Shown here: positions 1 to 6,203 of the stretch, piece by piece | Position numbering within the stretch: the first letter of the stretch is position 1 | Layout of the letters: every line of letters starts with the position of its first letter | Assembly (NCBI GenBank): GCA_051294375.1 | Contig: JBJCIZ010000913.1 | Location: 1 to 8,457, forward strand | DNA length: 8,457 bases | From: Paraspadella gotoi | Taxonomy: Eukaryota > Animalia > Chaetognatha | Reading direction: 5' to 3' | Notes under the pieces: model-generated | What the model was told of the DNA's origin: nothing | The model's input: the letters and a program-made list of their open reading frames with translations, nothing else | Database searches by the model: none | Program-made: the position numbers and the translations under genes

Positions 1-2
1 TG

Positions 3-605
3 AAAAAAGAAGGTTATGACAAAAATATCAAGGATGCCCTAGATACCCTCTGGAAAGAGTACGGAAAGAAAAACGCAAGCATCCACGACATGCTGAAGGA
101 AGTGTTGAGCAAACCAAAGCTCATCTCCGGGAACCNNNNNNNNNNNNNNNNNNNNNNNNNNNNNNNNNNNNNNNNNNNNNNNNNNNNNNNNNNNNNNNNN
201 NNNNNNNNNNNNNNNNATAGGGATACAGTGATTAATGAGATCTTGGAGACCCGCTGCGAGTTTCTGAAGGCCGATTTTGCAAAAAAGGACGCCGACCATC
301 AATATGACCACGGAAAAAAGCTGAATTTCGACGATTTCATTGCCTATCTCAAAAAAANNNNNNNNNNNNNNNNNNNNNNNNNNNNNNNACAAAAGAAGAA
401 GGTCACGGTCGACGTCGCCGCCATCAACATCAATGAGTCCCTCCCGAACTCCAACGGCGGGGGTCAGACGACGAAAATCAAGCCTTCAAGGGTCACCCAA
501 GGATCTCCACCCGCTCCACGGACAAGGACAGATCCGACTCTTTCTCCCTCTCTCTCCTCCTCCCCTCTCTTCTCTCTCTCTCCTCCAAATTACTTACAGG
601 CTTAG
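3..605 (+). CDS. gag: Gag central/capsid-like fragment (DUF1759-like region), 5'-partial. Gag-like only to 518; the rest runs into unrelated sequence
   Basis: Frame 3 is open from base 3: KKEGYDKNIKDALDTLWKEYGKKNASIHDMLKEVLSKPKL resembles the BEL/Pao Gag A-x3-L-x3-YG...L-x2-P pattern. LNFDDFIAYLKK resembles the F-x2-F-x2-[FY]L helix upstream of the knuckles. Its end (SPPAP, 504-518) is identical to 4264-4278 in the knuckle-bearing ORF. Contains N gaps 136-216 and 358-388. Confidence 0.75.
   Translation, partial: KKEGYDKNIKDALDTLWKEYGKKNASIHDMLKEVLSKPKLISGNXXXXXXXXXXXXXXXXXXXXXXXXXXXXRDTVINEILETRCEFLKADFAKKDADHQYDHGKKLNFDDFIAYLKKXXXXXXXXXXXQKKKVTVDVAAININESLPNSNGGGQTTKIKPSRVTQGSPPAPRTRTDPTLSPSLSSSPLFSLSPPNYLQA
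260..518 (+). repeat. Direct repeat copy 1 (clean, in-frame gag segment)
   Basis: Shares collinear blocks with 3959-4278: aaggccgattt, aaggacgccgac, atcaatatga, aaaaaagctgaa, gacgatttcattgcct, atgagtccctc, caacggcggg, tctccacccgctcca. Confidence 0.93.
538..586 (+). repeat. 49-nt pure pyrimidine (CT-rich) low-complexity tract
   Basis: Only C and T from 538 to 586. Flanked by imperfect repeats gacaaggacagat (521-533) and gacaggacagat (606-617). Confidence 0.9.
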
Positions 606-723
606 ACAGGACAGATTCAGATTCACTTGGATCACATCATGGAACCCGCAAACCGTTTCTTACAAAGTTTCCTACCTACGTTTTGCTGAAGATTCGCATC
701 TACATTTTATGATTCTCCCTACA

Positions 724-747
724 TTCAGATTGATCTTCAGATTGATC
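724..747 (+). repeat. Perfect 12-bp tandem duplication (TTCAGATTGATC)x2
   Basis: Units at 724-735 and 736-747. Confidence 0.9.
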
Positions 748-829
748 TCGCTTATCCTCACCATCTTATTACATATTTACCATTTTGATTCCGGCATTTT
801 CTTCTATGATTCTACCGAGCTTCATTTCT

Positions 830-835
830 AATAAA
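830..835 (+). promoter_or_regulatory. Candidate polyadenylation signal AATAAA in the putative LTR
   Basis: Exact hexamer about 85 nt before the proposed LTR end. Function is inferred from position only. Confidence 0.3.
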
Positions 836-1590
836 GCATGATGAGATTCCTTCTCAGAATATGGCCGACTAATGGACCATTCTCATCTCTAGAGGCCGTA
901 GAGAGCCAGATTCTCTACAGTTAAGAAAAACGACCACCGGCTCCAAAAGTGAGCTGTGTCTTGTGATGACTGGATGGTTATTAAAAATTTTTCCAAGCTT
1001 GACGACGAAATTCATATGGACTGAAAATATCCAATCAAAAGCGGTGAATCTGATCGATGTGTATGAGTTGATATTGATTGGCTAATCGAGTACCCTCGAT
1101 TGATGATGATTATAATTTATTGATTCGATTTAGGTCAGGAGGAGGTATAATGAGCCAATTGGATATTTCAATGCATTATGAGGTGGATTGATTTTTTAGT
1201 TATGGTGACGTGTTAGCCGTCCGGGTTTTTTGCCGGGTGGATGGAGTGAAGGAGGTACGTAGCAGAATTCAAACACTCATTTTTACAAAACAAAATTTGT
1301 TTGATTTGGGATTTTGTTTTAATATTATGACATTAAACATTTGCGCGTACTAAGTAACTTTGAAGAAAACACGATTGTGTCAAATTTTTCGCGCTATTGA
1401 ATTGATTGATTTGATTGACTTATTCTTGCTCTCTTTATTGAAATTTTTTCGTTATTTACATATCTAGTGAACGCGATACGGTCACTTGCTGCTTCTTGAG
1501 GGGAGAGGAGTCGGGGCGGGGCGGGCGAATTCAACAGAACGACTTATCCTGGAGGATACGTGACGCCGTTGGCTCTCTTCTGTAGATTGA

Positions 1591-2880
1591 ATTGAGCGTT
1601 ACACGCAGATTGACCCTGAAGCCATCGGAGAAATCGCAGATGAAATGAAAATTCGGTCACAAAAAAGACTTTGGCCAAATCCACAGATGCTCAGGATAGT
1701 TATCCCCAAAGGATCTATCCAACGCGGGATGCCTCGATGCACAAGCGAAAAGAGCGTTAAGCCTGGCACCATATTATCTGGCCCTGCTCAACGGCGAAGC
1801 CGCACCCTCCCCAAGAGGCCGAACGGAATATGATCGACAGGAAAGAGAGGATATTGCCGAACCGGCACGCACTAAACAATACGACGATGCATGTTTCCGA
1901 AAGGAAGCTGAGGCGTTAATGACGATACTAACGCCTTAATGATGTACACGGAATAATGGTTTCTGAAGAAGAGGATTCAGCCCTGGAATACGAGTATGGC
2001 CACCAAGGTCCTCCAGGACCAAAGAAATGTGCCTGGGACAACAACAACGTTCCCGTTAATTATCGAACAAACAACTTGAACTCCCAACATCAACAGGAAA
2101 ACAGAAAAAAAAAAAGCCAAAGGAAGAGTCAATGTCCGGATCAACCGTTGGAGTCGAAATGAAGAATAATGAGCCGAAAATGAGAGAATGAGATGCTTCA
2201 CTCTGAACAACATCAAGAAGAAAAAAGCTGATGAATGACATCGACAAAGAGATGAGAAGAAAAAACTCGAGATCTTAAACGATGTGTACCGCACTTTGGC
2301 GCCAGATGCAAACACCAGTACTGTCAAAATAAGTAACGCCGGCCTCCATCTTCTGATAATGCACGAGAATGAAAGATGAGTTTGAGACGTGATTAGGAAC
2401 ATGCACGTGGAGTCGCTGTCATGTTATGGAAAACAACCTTCAACGAAACATAGAAACCACCAAGAAGCAAAGCATCATCGAAATGCCAATGACCACTGAT
2501 ATCAAACAATTGAAGTTGAGATTAAGAAAGAAGAAAAGATGATGTATGTCACCTAGGAACCAGGCAAGGATCACAAAACAACTGGAAAGAGAAAAGATCA
2601 ACAGCGGAAGGTAAGGTTTGGGGGACCGGCACCACAACTCGTCGAATTATCTCCGAAAAACAAGATTCTTCCAGCTCCTGAACCGTTCGCAACATCCATC
2701 TCACGCTCCAACCCGCTGCCTGCCATCCCGGGCCAACACGACTACAGCAGCACCCTCTACTGGACGACCTGTCATAGGACATGGTAAGCAGCAACAGAAA
2801 GAAGATTCTATCTAAGGACTGTCGAACAAGGGAAGACCTAAGAAGCCTTCTCCTGGCCTAAAACGCGACGAACGCTCATG
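1591..2880 (+). pseudogene. Frameshifted coding-like region, probably the Gag N-terminal half (error-rich or decayed)
   Basis: Purine-rich + strand with successive protein-like pieces in alternating frames: IERYTQIDPEAIGEIADEMK (frame 1), DAQAKRALSLAPYYLALLNGE...EYDRQEREDIAE (frame 2, open 1700-1939), KKLEILNDVYRTLAPDANTS, KDQQRKVRFGGPAPQLVELSPKNKILPAPEP (frame 1, from 2593) and GRPKKPSPG (2831-2857). It lies upstream of the Gag C-terminus. Confidence 0.5.
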
Positions 2881-3958
2881 AACAGGCCCTCTTCCAATTC
2901 AAATGGACATTCATCCCGTGCTCATACTGTGTTGTGTGTGTTTAGTAAACTACCACGTAGAAACTAATACACTGCGTGACTATTGTTTTCCTTCCTCACC
3001 AACGTTCACGTGGATACACTTGTCTCATGTCATGCATTGAATAACATATGATTCCCCTTGAATACACGTACTTGTTTAGTCTACGACCAAGTCCGCCCGC
3101 CGAGCTTTATTACCCTAACATCGCATCCAGCTATCTCAGCCTACCTCTATGTCACTTTCACGCAAGCACGCAGTGGAATAACATGGGAACAATGGCGCCT
3201 GAAGCACCAATCAGATTTTCGTGAGTTCCAAAGAGCTGATACTAGTCCTTCCGATCAATTGTACCATACTGCTATTCATCCACTAGGGTGTCTGATACTC
3301 TGTACTTTTACTTGTATGTTTCCATCTCACCGACCCTCCAGTGTGGTAATATATTCTCGCACACCAATACTAACATCTTTTCCATATCACTTTTATTCGA
3401 AATATGCGTGTATAAACATATTTTTTCCCTGCCATCCGTTACAAACACATCAACTATTACGGCCCTTCTTTCCTCGTTTATGACCCAAATAAATACCCTC
3501 TCACTCTTAAGGATATTGCTCCTAGTCTTACCCCCTTTCCTGACCCGTTCTAACCCTACTCATAGTATCGTAACACAAGAACTAAAACTCACGTCATCTC
3601 TTAAAATGCTTATTCTACAGCGCAACTTATATTATTCGAGGGCACAATAGGCACATCACCATAAGATCTCTCTCTGCGAGTCCTTGTTCATTAACCACTT
3701 CCTTAATCGGAACCCGAGTGAATTGAGATAAATTGACACTGAAACTTTAGAAAGAACATAAACCGAGGTCTCTTAAGTTATCGCCATAATAATTTTTCTC
3801 TTCTCCACTAAATGGTCCTATCAGGGACCAAGATCTAATGTTCGATAGATTTAGGATTATACAAAGTTACTTGCTCCAATTCAGTCGTAGATCTTGCCAC
3901 TCTTTTAGCAGAACAGTTGCTCATCCTATCTCCTTCATAATTCCTTTGTAGATTATTT

Positions 3959-4278
3959 GTTCTGCAAGGCCGATTTGCAACAAGGACGCCGACATCAATA
4001 TGAACGGAAAAAAAGCTGAACTTTCCGACGATTTCATTGCCTTCTCAAAAAACGAAATATCGATCTACAAATCAGCAGCCCACAGCGAGAAGGGCGCTTA
4101 TTCTTAAACAAAAAGAAGCCAAGTGGTCGAGGCTGTCCTCTCCCCCACGATCCGTCACTCACAACTCCAAGAGTCGCCCCAATCCAAACATCATGAGTCC
4201 CTCACCGAACTCAACGGCGGGCTTCAACGGACGCAAGATCAACCTCCAAAGTCACCAAGCGATTCTCCACCCGCTCCA
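3959..4278 (+). repeat. Direct repeat copy 2 (indel-rich version of 260-518)
   Basis: Collinear with copy 1 but with many 1-bp indels and an extra stretch of about 40 nt near 4131-4172. It ends in an exact 15-nt match (4264-4278 = 504-518). Confidence 0.93.
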
Positions 4279-4800
4279 TCCGTGCTGCCCAAAGTGCAAG
4301 TTGATGAACACGGAATGTTTGCTGAATNNNNNNNNNNNNNNNNNNNNNNNNNGAATGTTGCTTTGAATCATGTTAGTGATATAATGGATAGATGCTGTCC
4401 TTGTTGCAATGAATGGCATTATTTGGAAACTTGTCCAACATTTAAGAAACTCTCGAGAGCTGAAAAGGTTGATGTGATGAAAAAGAATGGATTGTGCTTT
4501 AGATGTCTGGATAAAAACCACATGGCAAAACAATGTACTCAACCAAGGGAGGCTTGCATGGTTTGTTATGGGTCTCATCACACTATCATGCATGATGCTA
4601 CAGCATTTTCTCCAAGGCAGGACCCTACGACCTATGCTAAAGTGGTTGCGACATCACCAGCTCGAACACCAAACCGGCCTCCACCAAGGAACAACAACCT
4701 GAATATGACGCCACTCACTGCTGCTGCAGCAAGGACGCCGCCGTCGCCAAACACCTCGTCAACGCGACCAGCTATGGCACCTCCAGCACTGTCAAGTTGA
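4123..4800 (+). CDS. gag: Gag C-terminal part: nucleocapsid with three zinc knuckles plus Pro/Thr/Ala-rich tail. Reliable from about 4264; the GTG start at 4123 is probably not real
   Basis: CPCCNEWHYLETC (C-x2-C-x3-H-x4-C), CFRCLDKNHMAKQC (C-x2-C-x4-H-x4-C) and CMVCYGSHHTIMH (C-x2-C-x3-H-x4-H) at 4396-4593, the BEL/Pao Gag signature. Ends at TGA 4798-4800. Confidence 0.93.
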   Translation: MVEAVLSPTIRHSQLQESPQSKHHESLTELNGGLQRTQDQPPKSPSDSPPAPSVLPKVQVDEHGMFAEXXXXXXXXXNVALNHVSDIMDRCCPCCNEWHYLETCPTFKKLSRAEKVDVMKKNGLCFRCLDKNHMAKQCTQPREACMVCYGSHHTIMHDATAFSPRQDPTTYAKVVATSPARTPNRPPPRNNNLNMTPLTAAAARTPPSPNTSSTRPAMAPPALSS

Positions 4801-4804
4801 CTAG
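4798..4804 (+). promoter_or_regulatory. Candidate gag-pol stop-codon readthrough signal UGA-CUAG
   Basis: TGA CTA G, in frame with the downstream protease. UGA-CUA(G) is an established leaky-stop context. Confidence 0.65.
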
Positions 4805-6153
4805 CTGCAGCATCAACCTCCGGTGAGTCGTCATACCGGCCNNNNNNNNNNGTGGTGATTGAATGGAATGGATTAAAGAAACCGACTTGGGCCATGATTG
4901 ATACCGGATGTAACAGATGTGTGATTAAGAAAAGTGTTGTTGATAGCCTTGGCATCGAAACTACAGAAAAAACCATGAAAATTCGATCTTATGATTCGGT
5001 GACTGTAGCTCAGAAACAAATTTGTGACATAAATCTAGAAAATCTAGGAAACGATATGAGCATTACTATGAGAAAATGTGTGGTTGGAGATCTCTTGACC
5101 AGTGAAGACGACAGACCACCAACCAAAGATGAAATTAAGGACATGCCTCATCTAGAGGACGTATCTTTTTACGAATTAGACCATAAAGAAATTGAAGTCC
5201 TCCTTCCCGCTCAATTGGCCTACACTTGGACCAATGGAGAAATTAGACGAGGAGATGAAGGTCTTCCTATTGGAATGAAAACCGACTTTGGATGGACATT
5301 GATTGGTCCCCGCCAAAGTATAGATGAAGAGACGATCGATTGTGCAAGAATGACCGCAGAATTCGTTGAAGAAGATGAACAAACTATTANNNNNNNNNNN
5401 NAAAGATTGTTCTCACAAGATTTTGAGATGAACCCTAGTACAAAGAAACAGCCTTCTTTAGACGACGAATATGCAATGCACCAAATTCGAAAGTCTATCA
5501 GATTTGATCCTGACATAGGCCACTATGTTGTTGGTCTACCTTGGAAAGAAGGCAGAAGAAAAGCGGCTGAAGTATTAAACAAAAGAGATTCTAATGCCGC
5601 AGCTCTGAATAGATTAAATTCTTTAATGAAAAAACTCAACAAAGATCCTGAAACTCGATCCCGTGTCTGGGAAGAGATGAAAAAGGAAATTGATGCTGGA
5701 AATGTTCAGAAAGTAGAACATGTCGAAACTGAAGACGGCATTCCCCAATGGAACTTACCTTTAGTCATTTCTATTCGAAAAGACAAAGACAAAGTGCGTG
5801 TATGTCATGATGCCCGTTCAGCTGTCAAAGGCAAAAGCTTGAATGATGAATTGTTGACAGGTCCAGACTTGATGAATAATCTTATTGGCATTTTACTTCG
5901 TTTCCGACGTCATGAAATTGCCATGAGTGCGACATCAAGAATTGTTTTCCATCAAATTCATGTGACGAGAATGATGTTCACGTCTTTAGATATTGGTGGT
6001 GGGAAGATCCCGAATGCCAAAACTAGCTCTGTTTGTGAACTGAAAGTACACATCTTTGGCGCACTCTTCTCCGTAGTAGCCAATTATGCCCTGCACTACC
6101 ACGCTGAATCAACTCGTCGGAGTGTTCCAGACGAATGTGGTACAGCATCCTAA
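4801..6153 (+). CDS. pol: Pol N-terminal part: aspartic protease and reverse transcriptase
   Basis: Frame 1 continues straight after the gag stop: LAAASTSGESSYRP-xxx-VVIEWNGLKKPTWAMIDTGCNRCVI (catalytic DTG 4900-4908). Then IEVLLPA, PIGMKTDFGWTLIGP, HYVVGLPWK and KVRVCHDARSAVKGKSLNDELLTGPDLMNNLIGILLRFR. The frame is unreliable after about 5928. Confidence 0.93.
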   Translation, partial: LAAASTSGESSYRXXXXVVIEWNGLKKPTWAMIDTGCNRCVIKKSVVDSLGIETTEKTMKIRSYDSVTVAQKQICDINLENLGNDMSITMRKCVVGDLLTSEDDRPPTKDEIKDMPHLEDVSFYELDHKEIEVLLPAQLAYTWTNGEIRRGDEGLPIGMKTDFGWTLIGPRQSIDEETIDCARMTAEFVEEDEQTIXXXXXRLFSQDFEMNPSTKKQPSLDDEYAMHQIRKSIRFDPDIGHYVVGLPWKEGRRKAAEVLNKRDSNAAALNRLNSLMKKLNKDPETRSRVWEEMKKEIDAGNVQKVEHVETEDGIPQWNLPLVISIRKDKDKVRVCHDARSAVKGKSLNDELLTGPDLMNNLIGILLRFRRHEIAMSATSRIVFHQIHVTRMMFTSLDIGGGKIPNAKTSSVCELKVHIFGALFSVVANYALHYHAESTRRSVPDECGTAS

Positions 6154-6203
6154 GCTCGTTTCTATGTGGACGGACTTCATCCATCCATCCCAGATGCTGA
6201 AAC
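5928..6203 (+). other. RT catalytic core disrupted by clustered 1-bp indels
   Basis: Motifs alternate frames: DIKNCF (frame 3, 5931), FHQIHV (frame 1), DENDVHVFRYWWWEDPEC (frame 3, 5964-6017), HIFGA...VANYAL (frame 1). At 6160-6177 the sequence ttc tat gtg gac g(g)ac ttc gives FYVDDF if one G is removed. Confidence 0.85.

Larger units (their letters stand above)
519..919 (+). repeat. Putative LTR, 3' part (R/U5-like)
   Basis: Non-coding-looking block with a pyrimidine tract, short internal repeats, AATAAA at 830-835 and a hairpin ending ...CTCTACA at 919. It lies upstream of a leader and a gag-like region. There is no TG start and no second LTR in the window, so this is inference only. Confidence 0.35.

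Noticed and set aside
538-590. PacBio SMRTbell adapter remnant
   Set aside because: It shares TCTCTCTC and TCCTCCTCC words but lacks the GTTGTTGTTG part, and I saw no fold-back inverted sequence around it.
1138-1191. Shine-Dalgarno-like GGAGGAGGT followed by ATG (13-codon ORF); a second AAGGAGGT near 1249
   Set aside because: The context is a eukaryotic retroelement, the ORF is tiny, and the second site has no nearby ATG. Most likely chance.
1498-1530. Polypurine tract before a 3' LTR
   Set aside because: It is not followed by a TG LTR start and lies upstream of gag-like sequence rather than after integrase.
1977-2794. Minus-strand hydrophobic ORFs as membrane or Env proteins
   Set aside because: Their Phe/Leu/Ser richness is the antisense shadow of an A/G-rich plus strand.
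3058-3650. Overlapping + ORFs of 141 and 120 aa
   Set aside because: No recognisable motif, and they lie in a block suspected to be low-quality sequence.
519-4278. Spliceosomal intron interrupting gag
   Set aside because: There are no GT...AG ends at the junction, and the block itself contains duplicated gag sequence.
4798-4800. UGA as a sense codon from an alternative genetic code (Trp, Cys or Sec)
   Set aside because: The clean pol frames use TGG for Trp and TGY for Cys with no other in-frame TGA, and the position is a linker rather than a conserved Trp or Cys.
5928-6203. Programmed ribosomal frameshifting in RT
   Set aside because: Several shifts in both directions through catalytic motifs fit sequencing error or decay, not recoding.
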